From a virus (taxonomy: Duplodnaviria; Caudoviricetes): a DNA stretch of 64,000 nucleotides. Of the stretch, positions 37,887-47,214 are shown one piece after another (the first letter of the stretch is position 1; the number at the start of each line of letters is the position of its first letter). Below the pieces are notes generated by a model. That model worked only from the letters and a program-made list of their open reading frames with translations. It searched no databases and was not told the origin of the DNA. The position numbers and the translations under genes are program-made. Location of the stretch: positions 1,400-65,399 of the IMG/VR virus record IMGVR_UViG_3300017992_000452. The stretch is one strand, 5' to 3'.

Positions 37887-39359
37887 ATGGCAAAAAATGC
37901 GAGCATATATAATTTGTTGATCTCCTGTCCGTCAGATGTTCAAGGAGAGATAAAAGTTATCAATGAAGTTGTTGATGAATTTAATCGAACCAAAGGCGAT
38001 CTTTACAATGTTTTTATTATGACAAGACATTGGTCTAAAGATTCTTACCCCCAAACCGGAGGAAAGCCACAGGAATTATTGAATAAGCAATTTGTACTTG
38101 ATTGCGATGCTGTAGTAGGTGTTTTTTGGACTAGGTTTGGGACTCCGACGGATGAGTACGATTCAGGAACTGAGGAAGAAATAGAAGAACTGATAAAAAG
38201 TAATAAGCAGGTTTTTCTTTATTTTAGCCAACGTAAAGTGGACATATCAGAGGTAGAATATGATCAATATCAAAAGGTTGAAAAGTTTAAAGAAAGGTTT
38301 AAGGAGCGTGGTTTATACGATACATTTAAAAATAAAAGTGATTTTAGAAATAAACTATCAGCAGCTTTAGATAAATATTTTAAGGCTGTTTTTGTAACTG
38401 GTAGTCAAACGAAAATTACACGCCAAAGTTCTCTTTCGATCAAATGCCAGGAAAGTGAGGTTAGTAACGAAAAACTCGTTTTTTATAATATGAATTATCA
38501 AGAATTTTTATTAGAAACGAAAGAACAACTCATTAGCGCGTTCAAAGAGATAGAGGAATACCCGCATATAGAACTGAATGATCAGGGGACTGTTGATATC
38601 CCAATCATCTTAGGCGAGAGAATAAGTTTCAGTAAAAATGAAAAAGATCTAGTAGTTAATTTCGCGCAAGAAAATAACTTAGAATATGATCAATCCAACT
38701 TCTTCAACCTAGGAAATTTATATAGAATGAGACATGTTATGGGAGGTTGGACTATTAAGGGCAGCCAACAAGAAAAGAATAAATATAACAACATCCAAAA
38801 TCTAATTTCAGGTATAGAAAGATTCAATCAGTGGATCAAATATTTCCGTCAATTGGAAAGTAAACATTTCTTAACTATATTTCTTTCAAATAATGGAACG
38901 CAACCCGATGAAGATATTGATGTGAAATTATTCATTAAGAAAGGGCATTTCTGCAAAAAAGAAGATATCCCCGTACCAGGAGACGATATCCTACCAATGT
39001 ATGAAGATATAATTAACACGCTTTACAAACCTAAAAAATCAATACACATAAAAGAATATAGTGATTATCCAGAAAGCGCACCTAAGTTTGATTATTCAAT
39101 GTTCAATATGAGCTATGAGGACGAGGTGGAGGAAAACAAAGAAAATTATTTCGAGACGCTTAACAACCTTTTTATCTATGATCATGATACAGAAAATGGA
39201 TATGATGTGGTTTGTTATAGGCATTCCTATATCAAACAAAACACAAACGTGCATTTTCCTCACAATTTAGTGTTCAATTCTAGGCCAGATTCAATTGCAT
39301 ATGAAATCACATCCAAAAATTCAGCTGAAATAATCAAAGGGGAGTTAATCTTAGAATAG
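37887..39359 (+). CDS. DUF4062-domain protein; AT-rich moron, candidate anti-phage factor
   Basis: LLISCPSDV, PQELLN, DCDAVVGVFWTRFGTP, SGTEEE. Confidence 0.75.
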   Translation: MAKNASIYNLLISCPSDVQGEIKVINEVVDEFNRTKGDLYNVFIMTRHWSKDSYPQTGGKPQELLNKQFVLDCDAVVGVFWTRFGTPTDEYDSGTEEEIEELIKSNKQVFLYFSQRKVDISEVEYDQYQKVEKFKERFKERGLYDTFKNKSDFRNKLSAALDKYFKAVFVTGSQTKITRQSSLSIKCQESEVSNEKLVFYNMNYQEFLLETKEQLISAFKEIEEYPHIELNDQGTVDIPIILGERISFSKNEKDLVVNFAQENNLEYDQSNFFNLGNLYRMRHVMGGWTIKGSQQEKNKYNNIQNLISGIERFNQWIKYFRQLESKHFLTIFLSNNGTQPDEDIDVKLFIKKGHFCKKEDIPVPGDDILPMYEDIINTLYKPKKSIHIKEYSDYPESAPKFDYSMFNMSYEDEVEENKENYFETLNNLFIYDHDTENGYDVVCYRHSYIKQNTNVHFPHNLVFNSRPDSIAYEITSKNSAEIIKGELILE

Positions 39360-39368
39360 TATATCAAC

Positions 39369-39400
39369 TTTTACGTGCGTAGTTGTCTATACGTTATGAG
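39369..39400 (+). promoter_or_regulatory. Putative phage-specific (late) promoter motif, copy 2
   Basis: TTTTACGTGCGTAGTTGTCTATACGTTATGAG. Confidence 0.55.
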
Positions 39401-39496
39401 AAGGACGCTACAACTACGGAGCAACAACGGGCATTAGCCGCACACTTGGCGTCCTTTTAGTACATATCGCGGCGATATATAAACGGAGGTGAGTAC

Positions 39497-39649
39497 ATGG
39501 CGAAATTGACCGAAGAGGAGAAAACGCACCTACGGAAAGTATTCGAAAAGCTAATCGAACAGGATTGCGTATATTTCTCCGTTGATACAAACGTAAGAGA
39601 ATTTGGAGAACGGGATACAACGCTGACTCTTCGATCTGAAGAAGAATAA
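39497..39649 (+). CDS. 50-aa hypothetical protein (not in ORF track)
   Basis: GGAGGTG RBS; MAKLTEEEKTHLRKVFEKL...SEEE. Confidence 0.65.
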   Translation: MAKLTEEEKTHLRKVFEKLIEQDCVYFSVDTNVREFGERDTTLTLRSEEE

Positions 39650-40115
39650 CGATTTTCACGCTCAAATCACACGAAATTAGACGCCTTAGCCTTAGCCGAG
39701 GGTATTCGGTAGGGTGACGGTTAACAGCGCTAATTTCGTGTATATTTTCCGGGTAGCGAGACAACTCGCAAAATAAGCGGAATGGTGTTTGAGCGCCTGA
39801 TCAACGCTCCCATATCTGCGCGGAAGGGTTATTTTCGGTCTTACCTTCCGATCCTATTTGCGCATGTACCATGATGTACAAGGCGTTCCTGAAGGCGATA
39901 TTTCGTCTTTTGCTTAGGTTTTTATCCGATAGCGACATCGGATTCTCCGCCGGTGGTGACGTTAAATACGTACCGGAAAGCGAGCTATACTGTCGCGTTT
40001 CAATAAAGACTTGCGTTCGACATTCGAAAGGGTTTATAACCCGACGGTCGACTTAGCCTACGTGAGTCCAACGCAATCAGAACGAGGGCGATCCGAATAA
40101 GGGTCGCTCTTTTTG
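39650..40115 (+). ncRNA. Large densely structured RNA candidate heading the late operon
   Basis: About ten consecutive or nested helices, no credible ORF, ends in a terminator. Confidence 0.6.
40084..40114 (+). terminator. Intrinsic terminator
   Basis: GAGGGCGATCC-GAATAA-GGGTCGCTCT followed by T-tract. Confidence 0.8.
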
Positions 40116-40213
40116 TGCTTGCGTTGCCTACGGGCCTTTCCGGAATGTGCTTCCGAGCCTTCCGGTGCGCAGGCGATAAAGAAACGAAAAGGAGACGATG
40201 TGAGTGGCGGTAG

Positions 40214-40396
40214 GTGAACGAGCTTTTGAATAGAGAACGTAAGCAGCGTTATAGATACCTACGAGAGCAACGAAAGGAACGCGACTATGAGCTTGGATTT
40301 ATACAACTGGCTGGCCGTCCGTTCTGTAAGCCTAGATTAATACGGCTGGGTCCAGCGTTAACCTTAACGCGATTCATGGCGGGTGCTAAGCGATGA
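40214..40396 (+). CDS. Small basic hypothetical protein
   Basis: ATGA overlap with the HNH gene. Confidence 0.5.
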   Translation: MNELLNRERKQRYRYLREQRKERDYELGFIQLAGRPFCKPRLIRLGPALTLTRFMAGAKR

Positions 40397-40731
40397 GTAA
40401 CTACTATGACAAACACAAGCGCGATCCCGAAGCGCGAGCGTTCTATAAGTCTACAGCCTGGGCTAAGTGCCGGTCCTTAGTACTCAAGCGCGACCATCAC
40501 CTGTGCCAAGACTGCCTCGCTAATAAAACGATCACTAAAGCCGAGACTGTGCACCATATAAAGGAGCTGCGAGAATATCCTGAATTAGCTTTAGATGCAT
40601 CAAATTTGATCAGTCTCTGCAATTCCTGCCACAATAAACGCCATCCAGAGAAGGGGCAGAAAAGCGCCAAAACAGAGAAGAAACAGAGAAAAATTAGAGT
40701 CATAAAGACAGAGGCTAACCCCGAACTATAG
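40393..40731 (+). CDS. Terminase-associated HNH endonuclease (HK97 gp74-like)
   Basis: FYKS..W, RDHHLCQDC, VHHI, NLISLCNSCHNKRH. Confidence 0.92.
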   Translation: MSNYYDKHKRDPEARAFYKSTAWAKCRSLVLKRDHHLCQDCLANKTITKAETVHHIKELREYPELALDASNLISLCNSCHNKRHPEKGQKSAKTEKKQRKIRVIKTEANPEL

Positions 40732-40830
40732 CCCCCTACCCTCAGGACTAAAAAACAAAAACACAAGGGACCGGCGGGCCCCCTTCGCTTGTTGCGCGAC
40801 CAGAAATTTTACATTAAAGGGGGGTCTCCC
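40732..40830. other. Probable cos packaging region
   Basis: GC-rich GGGACCGGCGGGCCCCC (40767-40783) between HNH and terS, the usual cos position in this architecture. Confidence 0.5.
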
Positions 40831-40850
40831 CGAATGAAAGGAGTGTTTTA

Positions 40851-41174
40851 ATGGCGGTACCGACAGCGAAAAAAATCCGGGAATACCTCGGAGACAGGTA
40901 TAAAGAATCGGATGAAGAACTGATCGAACTCTACGTTGACACTCATAAGTTTTACCGCCGACTAAAAAAGGAAGTAGCCGAAAACCCTTTAATGATGCGG
41001 CATACGAACAAAGCAGGCGCGGAGAACCTTGTCAAAAATCCGTTAGCAATTGAGCTTACGAAGACGGTGACGACGTTAAACAATCTTCTGAAATCGCTCG
41101 ATCTTACGCCGGCTCAAAGAAAAGAATTAAACGCGGGCGGTGAAGAAAATGACGACGGTTTCGATCAGCTCTAA
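40851..41174 (+). CDS. Terminase small subunit (P27 family)
   Basis: KNPL...LDLTPAQR; position. Confidence 0.88.
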   Translation: MAVPTAKKIREYLGDRYKESDEELIELYVDTHKFYRRLKKEVAENPLMMRHTNKAGAENLVKNPLAIELTKTVTTLNNLLKSLDLTPAQRKELNAGGEENDDGFDQL

Positions 41175-42930
41175 CCCGACAGACATCGAAAAATGGTATA
41201 AAAACTGGCTAAAAACGCAAAAAATAGCCGGATTTATACGCGAAAAACCGGCGGAAAAGTTGCTTACAACATGGTATGCGGAAAAAGTAGTCTCCGGGGA
41301 GATAATCGCAAGTAAGAAAAATATTCTCGCTTGCAAACGACATCTTCGCGATTTAAAACGCGCAGGAACAGACGAATTTCCATACGTTTTTAACGAAGAA
41401 AAAGGGCATCGCCCGATACAGTTTATCGAGAAGTTTTGTAAACCGTCTCAAGGACAGTACGACAGTTTGACGCTTCAACCGTGGCAACATTTTGTGATCG
41501 GATCACTGTACGGTTGGGTTCATCGCGATACCGGCCTTCGGAGATTCCGTGAAGGCCTTGTTTTTGTTGCGCGGAAGAACGGAAAAACAACGAAAATCAG
41601 CGGTTTAGCCAATTTTGCGATAACAAAGGACGACGAACCGGGCGCTCGGGCCTACGTTTTAGCAAACTCGAAGCAACAAGCGGGTGTTTTATTCGAGGAA
41701 AGTCGTGCAATGGTTCAGAAGTCACCGGTACTTCGGAAGCGTCTGCGCGAGAATCAAAAAGGCATCTATCATGACGCGTCTATGAGTCAGATCGAGGCGC
41801 GGGCGTCTGATAGCGAAAAGTTAGACGGTTTGAATACGCATCTCGGCATATTCGATGAGATACACGAATTCAAAGATTCAAAATTGATCAGCGTAATCAA
41901 GAACTCAAGGGCAGCTCGACGGCAGCCATTAATCATCTACATCACGACGGCCGGCTATCAACTCGACGGGCCTCTCGTCGAATATTACGAAATTGCTTCC
42001 GATGTTTTGGACGGATCTAACGTTCAGGAGCGGAATTTTTACTTTATGGCCGAATTAGACGACATTTCTGAGGTGGAAAACCCGGAAATGTGGATCAAAG
42101 CGAACCCTAACATTGGAGTAACGATGGATATTCCGTCAATGATTCAGGACTTCAATGCGGACCGCCACGTCCCTCGTGAATACAACGACTGGCTGGTCAA
42201 ACGGTTTAATATCTTCGTGGATAACGGAGAGGAAAGCTTCATAGACTTCGAAGTCATCAAGCGCAATAACGGACATGTCGATCCGGAATCGTTGCGTGGT
42301 ATGAGATGCATTGGCGGCTTCGACTTATCACAAACGGAAGACTTTACAAGCGCGTGTCTGGAGTTTTTGCTGCCGGATAATCGCGTTTTTGTTATGTCTC
42401 ATTCGTGGGTACCGGCGGCAAAAGTACAAAAAGATAACGAAAAAATCGACTACCGTGGGTTTGAAGCCGACGGTTTTTTGACGATTATACCCGGAAATTA
42501 CGTTCAGTACGAGTACGTTTACGACTGGTTCGTTGAAATGTCGCGTAAATATCAGATCGATAAGATCACGTTTGACCCAGCGAATGCGATGCGATTGGTT
42601 CACGATCTTCAAAACTACGGATTTCAAACGGAAGTTGTGCGACAAGGGTACATTACTCTGAGTGACCCGTTAAAGCATATCAAAGAATTATTGCTTGACG
42701 GAAACGTCGTTTACAACGAAAACAAGCTTTTCACATGGTATCTAAACAACGTCAAGCTCGTCGAAGATCGGAACGGTAACTGGTTGCCGACTAAACAAAC
42801 GAGGTACCGGAAAATCGATGGCTTTGCGGCTTTTCTGAACGCACATACACAGGTTTATCTCGATATGACGAAGCCGGTTGAGGGCGGAAGCGTCGGATTT
42901 ATCTCAATTAGCGATCTATTAAACGGTTAG
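41149..42930 (+). CDS. Terminase large subunit
   Basis: LQPWQ, ARKNGKT, FDEIH, ITTAG, GGFDLS, KIDG. Confidence 0.95.
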   Translation: MTTVSISSNPTDIEKWYKNWLKTQKIAGFIREKPAEKLLTTWYAEKVVSGEIIASKKNILACKRHLRDLKRAGTDEFPYVFNEEKGHRPIQFIEKFCKPSQGQYDSLTLQPWQHFVIGSLYGWVHRDTGLRRFREGLVFVARKNGKTTKISGLANFAITKDDEPGARAYVLANSKQQAGVLFEESRAMVQKSPVLRKRLRENQKGIYHDASMSQIEARASDSEKLDGLNTHLGIFDEIHEFKDSKLISVIKNSRAARRQPLIIYITTAGYQLDGPLVEYYEIASDVLDGSNVQERNFYFMAELDDISEVENPEMWIKANPNIGVTMDIPSMIQDFNADRHVPREYNDWLVKRFNIFVDNGEESFIDFEVIKRNNGHVDPESLRGMRCIGGFDLSQTEDFTSACLEFLLPDNRVFVMSHSWVPAAKVQKDNEKIDYRGFEADGFLTIIPGNYVQYEYVYDWFVEMSRKYQIDKITFDPANAMRLVHDLQNYGFQTEVVRQGYITLSDPLKHIKELLLDGNVVYNENKLFTWYLNNVKLVEDRNGNWLPTKQTRYRKIDGFAAFLNAHTQVYLDMTKPVEGGSVGFISISDLLNG

Positions 42931-42941
42931 GAGGTGAGAAA

Positions 42942-44240
42942 TTGGGCTTTTGGAGCAATGTTCGGAACTTTTTTCGCAAGCCATCCGATGTCAAGGCAGA
43001 AACGAGAAGGGATCTAACACACTGGTATATTCCTCGAGCTACTATTCTAGGAAATTACGGAGAACATGCGCTGGCTGACAACGAAACAGTTTTCTCGGCT
43101 GTGTCGCGATTATCAAACACGATGTCAAGCCTACCAATCAAGGCGTATAAAAATTATCAACCGATTGAGTCTCAGGCTTCCGAGCTTCTGACATACGCGC
43201 CGAATCATAACATGACATCCGGGCAATTTATCGGCCTTTTGGAGACGCATCGGGCCGTATATGGCAATGCTTACGCAATAAAACGGTACGGAATGCGTTA
43301 TGAAGTCGTTGGATTAGAGGTTTTGGATCCTTCGAGAGTGCAGCCGGTGATTGAAGAGACTACTCGGGATCTTTGGTACGAGATTTTAGGAGACAACGGA
43401 AATTATTTCGTTCACAACATGGACATGATTCACGTTAAAAATACGTCGGTAGACGGTCTAAAAGGAATCTCACCGCTAAAGGTTCTGCGGAACGCCCTCG
43501 ACTTTGATCGAGATGTCCGGCTTTTCAGTCTAGAACAAATGGATGGAGCAAAGATATCATTCATTTTGGAATTAGCGAATCAACTCGACGATACACGCAA
43601 AGAAAAGATGTTAGAGAACTTTAAAAGTTTCTATAAAGACAACGGCGGCCTCTTAATTCAGGAACCAGGGGTAAAAATCCGTGAATTAAAGAAGGAATTC
43701 ATCGATACAAAGGCGTTTGAGGTCGAAAAAGTGACACGTTCAAGAGTCGCGCAGGCCTTTAATATTCCGTTGTACATGCTTGGCGAGACACAGGGCAGCG
43801 TCTCCAATATGGAGCAACTTTATATCGATTATGTACAAGGAACGCTAATGCCTATCGCAACTCAGTACGAAAAAGAATTCAACCGGAAGCTGCTGACTGA
43901 AAAGGAGCGCAAGTCCGGTTATTATTTTAAGTTTAGTATGAACGCGTTATTGCGCGGAGACATGCAGACCCGCGGTAATTTCTATCAACAAGGCATCCGG
44001 AGCGGCTGGTTTAAGCCGAATGAGGTGCGTGCATGGGAGGATTTGCCGCCAGAAGAGGGCGGAGACACGCTTTATTTAAGCAAAGATTTATTCCCAATCG
44101 ACCAGGTTGCGCAACAGAAAATCACATCGGCTGATGCCCCGACGCCTCCATCGTTAGAAATTAACGAAGATGATAACGAGGACTCGAAAGGAGGTGAGGA
44201 CGATAAAGAAGTTCTGGGAAATCAAAGCGGCGAAGAATGA
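42942..44240 (+). CDS. Portal protein (HK97 family)
   Basis: YGNAY, GISPL, FNIP, NEVRAWEDLPP. Confidence 0.93.
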   Translation: MGFWSNVRNFFRKPSDVKAETRRDLTHWYIPRATILGNYGEHALADNETVFSAVSRLSNTMSSLPIKAYKNYQPIESQASELLTYAPNHNMTSGQFIGLLETHRAVYGNAYAIKRYGMRYEVVGLEVLDPSRVQPVIEETTRDLWYEILGDNGNYFVHNMDMIHVKNTSVDGLKGISPLKVLRNALDFDRDVRLFSLEQMDGAKISFILELANQLDDTRKEKMLENFKSFYKDNGGLLIQEPGVKIRELKKEFIDTKAFEVEKVTRSRVAQAFNIPLYMLGETQGSVSNMEQLYIDYVQGTLMPIATQYEKEFNRKLLTEKERKSGYYFKFSMNALLRGDMQTRGNFYQQGIRSGWFKPNEVRAWEDLPPEEGGDTLYLSKDLFPIDQVAQQKITSADAPTPPSLEINEDDNEDSKGGEDDKEVLGNQSGEE

Positions 44241-44940
44241 CGCTAAAACAGGCGAGATTTACATTTACAGTGAAATCAGTTCGGCCCAGTTCTGGGGGGA
44301 CGAAGTGACTGCGCAAACTTTCAAGGAGGATTTAGACGGACTTGGCGAAGTATCTGCGCTAAATATCTATATTAATTCGCCAGGCGGCTCTGTTTTCGAA
44401 GGGAATTCGATCTACAACATCATAAAGCGGCACAAAGCCCACGTTAACGTCTACGTCGACGGGCTGGCGGCCAGTATCGCAAGCGTCATCGCAATGTCCG
44501 GTGACGCTATTTTTATGCCCGCAAACGCGATGATGATGATTCATAATCCGTGGACTGTTGCGCAAGGCAATGCGGAAGAACTCCGCAAACAAGCCGACGA
44601 CATGGATCGTATTCGCGAAAGTCTTATCGAGGCATATCTCGGAAAAGCAGGCGAAAAACTCAATCGTGATCGTTTGGTCGAACTTATGGACGCAGAAACG
44701 TGGCTGACGGCGCAAGAATGTCTTGAATTAGGGCTATGTGATTCTATTGAAGCTCCTAGCGCTGCGGTTGCGAAAGTAGATACGCAGTTATTTGCGAAGT
44801 ACTGGAACACTCCGGAATCGCTTCTTAATCAGACAAAAGAGGACGTAAAGCAGGCGGAAAAAGAGCGCCTGTTCCGTGAGCAGCTTATCACGGAAGCACA
44901 AACAAATTTACTAAAACTTCAAAACGGGGGAATCATTTAA
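44203..44940 (+). CDS. ClpP-type prohead protease; likely ATA start
   Basis: INSPGG, AASIAS, MIHNP, ETWL. Confidence 0.9.
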   Translation: MKKFWEIKAAKNDAKTGEIYIYSEISSAQFWGDEVTAQTFKEDLDGLGEVSALNIYINSPGGSVFEGNSIYNIIKRHKAHVNVYVDGLAASIASVIAMSGDAIFMPANAMMMIHNPWTVAQGNAEELRKQADDMDRIRESLIEAYLGKAGEKLNRDRLVELMDAETWLTAQECLELGLCDSIEAPSAAVAKVDTQLFAKYWNTPESLLNQTKEDVKQAEKERLFREQLITEAQTNLLKLQNGGII

Positions 44941-46094
44941 TGGAACTATTTGATCTGAAGGCAAACTTAAACACTGTAGGAACACAATTAGCATCGGTTG
45001 AAAAGGAAATCATGAACAAAGCGGCTGACCCTAACGCTTCTATCGACGAAGTGCGGTCTCTAAAACAAAAAAGAGACGATCTTAAAGAGCGTATGGACAT
45101 CCTACAAAATCAACACGATGCTTTAGAACAGGAACAAAAAGCTAAAATTCAAGCAAGCCTTGACAAAGCAAAAGCAGGCGCGTCTGCTGGACTTAACAGT
45201 GAAGATCCAAAGGTTAAGAAAGTTTCTGCTAAAGCCGGCTTAATCCGTGCAACAATGAGAAAAGAGGTACCGGCTCCTGAAGTACGTGCTGCGTTAGGAG
45301 ATAATAACGGAACAGGTGGGGAGAAACTCCTTCCTAAAACAGTTTCGGAAGAACTTATTCACGAACCTTTTGTAAAGAATCCGTTGCGTGATCTTTCAAC
45401 GTATACGAGTGTAACAAATCTCGAAATCCCTAAAGTTGATTTTTCCCTTGACGATGATGATTTCATCCAAGACTTGCAGACTGCTAAAGAACTTGAAGTA
45501 GACGGAGATGTGGTTACTTTCGGACGCCGCAAATTCAAAGTCATGGCAAAAATCTCTGAAACTATTTTGGCAGCTACTGATACTGATCTGGTCGCTACAG
45601 TTGAGCGCGCTTTACAATCCGGCCTAGCTGCAAAAGAGAAAAAAGTTTCTTTCGCAGTAACACCTAAACAGGGAGAAGAGGAAATGTCCTTCTACGCTGC
45701 CGGAATTAAGCAAGTAACTGCGGAAGATAAATATAAAGCGATCAAAAAAGCTATTGCGGACCTTCCAGAAGACTTCCGTGAAAACGCAAAAGTAATGATG
45801 ACATACGCAGACTATCTCGAAATCATTGAAACTTTGGCTAATGGAAGTGCAACTCTTTACGGAGCACAGCCGGAACAAATCATCGGTAAGCCAGTTGAAT
45901 TCTGTGATGCAGCAGTTGATCCTATCGTCGGTGACTTCCGTTACTCCCACTTCAACTATGATCCAGCAATCACTTACGAAAGCGATAAAGACGTTAAAAC
46001 TGGTGAAAATGTATTCGTTCTGACTGCGTATTTCGATCACAAAATCAAACTGAAATCTGCATTCCGTATCGCTAAAGTAGACACTACTCCCTAA
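44940..46094 (+). CDS. Major capsid protein (HK97 fold)
   Basis: N-terminal coiled-coil delta domain, GGEKLLP, VGDF; position. Confidence 0.92.
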   Translation: MELFDLKANLNTVGTQLASVEKEIMNKAADPNASIDEVRSLKQKRDDLKERMDILQNQHDALEQEQKAKIQASLDKAKAGASAGLNSEDPKVKKVSAKAGLIRATMRKEVPAPEVRAALGDNNGTGGEKLLPKTVSEELIHEPFVKNPLRDLSTYTSVTNLEIPKVDFSLDDDDFIQDLQTAKELEVDGDVVTFGRRKFKVMAKISETILAATDTDLVATVERALQSGLAAKEKKVSFAVTPKQGEEEMSFYAAGIKQVTAEDKYKAIKKAIADLPEDFRENAKVMMTYADYLEIIETLANGSATLYGAQPEQIIGKPVEFCDAAVDPIVGDFRYSHFNYDPAITYESDKDVKTGENVFVLTAYFDHKIKLKSAFRIAKVDTTP

Positions 46095-46632
46095 AGCGCC
46101 CCAAGGGCTAAAGGCATCTTCGACTGACTCATCGGTGTCCCTAAGTTGGGATGCCGTAGCCTTTGCTGGGGGAATCAAAGAATACGAAATCTTTAGGGAC
46201 GGTGTTTCTGTTGGGACTCGTGTTGGCACATCGTTTAATGAGAGCGGTTTAAAGCCGGAAACTACGTATAAATACCAAGTTCGGGCGATCTCAATGGCGG
46301 GAAATCCGTCGGAGCTGAGTAGCGAACTTTCCGTTACAACAGAGCCTACGCCTGTGCCAGATCCGGAAAGTATCAGCGTCAGTCCATCGTCTAAGACATT
46401 AAACGTCGGTGAGACACAGCAAATTACCGCAACAGTATCGCCTAGTGGGGCTGATCAGAGTGTAACATACACGTCAAGCAACACGTCAGTCGCAACGGTG
46501 ACTAGCTCCGGTAAGGTAACTGCGGTTGCAGCCGGTTCTGCTACGATTACTGTAAAATCGAAAGTGAAGACAACAGTTAAGAATACCGTATCGATCACTG
46601 TCGTCGACCCGGCGCCATCTGGCGGTGAGTAA
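46090..46632 (+). CDS. FN3 + Ig-like extension of the capsid protein via +1 frameshift
   Basis: CCC-TAA at capsid end; +1 frame PKAPQGLKASSTDSSVSLSWD..YEIFRDG..Big_2-like; no RBS of its own. Confidence 0.8.
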   Translation, partial: PKAPQGLKASSTDSSVSLSWDAVAFAGGIKEYEIFRDGVSVGTRVGTSFNESGLKPETTYKYQVRAISMAGNPSELSSELSVTTEPTPVPDPESISVSPSSKTLNVGETQQITATVSPSGADQSVTYTSSNTSVATVTSSGKVTAVAAGSATITVKSKVKTTVKNTVSITVVDPAPSGGE

Positions 46633-46634
46633 AC

Positions 46635-46874
46635 ATGGATATCTCTCTAGATGAGGTAAAAGAATATCTTCGTATTGATGGAGATGAGGAGGATTCCCTT
46701 ATCTCCTTTTTCATTTCCGCAGCGAAGACGCATCTGGAAAACGCCGGCGTAACCGACAAGGAATCTGAATTATATAAATTGGCCGTCCTCATATACGTCA
46801 CAGACGCGTATGAAAATAGATCAACGGCATTGAGCGGAAATAAAGTAGCTGGAATCGTATTGCAACTGAGGTGA
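46635..46874 (+). CDS. Head-tail connector (gp6-like)
   Basis: LDEVKEYLRID..YENR. Confidence 0.88.
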   Translation: MDISLDEVKEYLRIDGDEEDSLISFFISAAKTHLENAGVTDKESELYKLAVLIYVTDAYENRSTALSGNKVAGIVLQLR

Positions 46875-46878
46875 TCTC

Positions 46879-47214
46879 GTGAAAACTGGCGATTTTAACA
46901 AGCGAATCACATTTCTTCGGTTTACCGAAACAACAAACGCTGAGGGATTCGAAATAAAGGAATGGTTACCAGTTGCGACCGTTTGGTCAGCGGTTAAGAC
47001 GGTCCAGGGGCGTGAATTTTACCAGGCTGGCGCAGTGCAGGCGGACAGAACAGCACGATTTGTTATTCGGTATTCAAAACGGATGAAGTCGATTCTTAGA
47101 AACGACCTGCGCATTTCATACGCGGGAAGGACGTTCGAAATAGAAAGCTTTATAAATGACGATGAACGTAACGTCACCTTTACGATAGTGACGAAGGAGG
47201 TCGGAATCAAATGA
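46879..47214 (+). CDS. Head closure protein
   Basis: GDFNKRITF, VWSAV, FVIRY. Confidence 0.85.
   Translation: MKTGDFNKRITFLRFTETTNAEGFEIKEWLPVATVWSAVKTVQGREFYQAGAVQADRTARFVIRYSKRMKSILRNDLRISYAGRTFEIESFINDDERNVTFTIVTKEVGIK

Noticed and set aside
39414-40056. ORFs 39414..39764 (-) and 39871..40056 (+)
   Set aside because: No RBS, atypical composition, and they overlap a better-supported small gene and the structured region
46135-46632. Independent gene starting at GTG 46135 (likewise 48515)
   Set aside because: No RBS and the 46135 start falls inside the FN3 domain; +1 frameshift fits better
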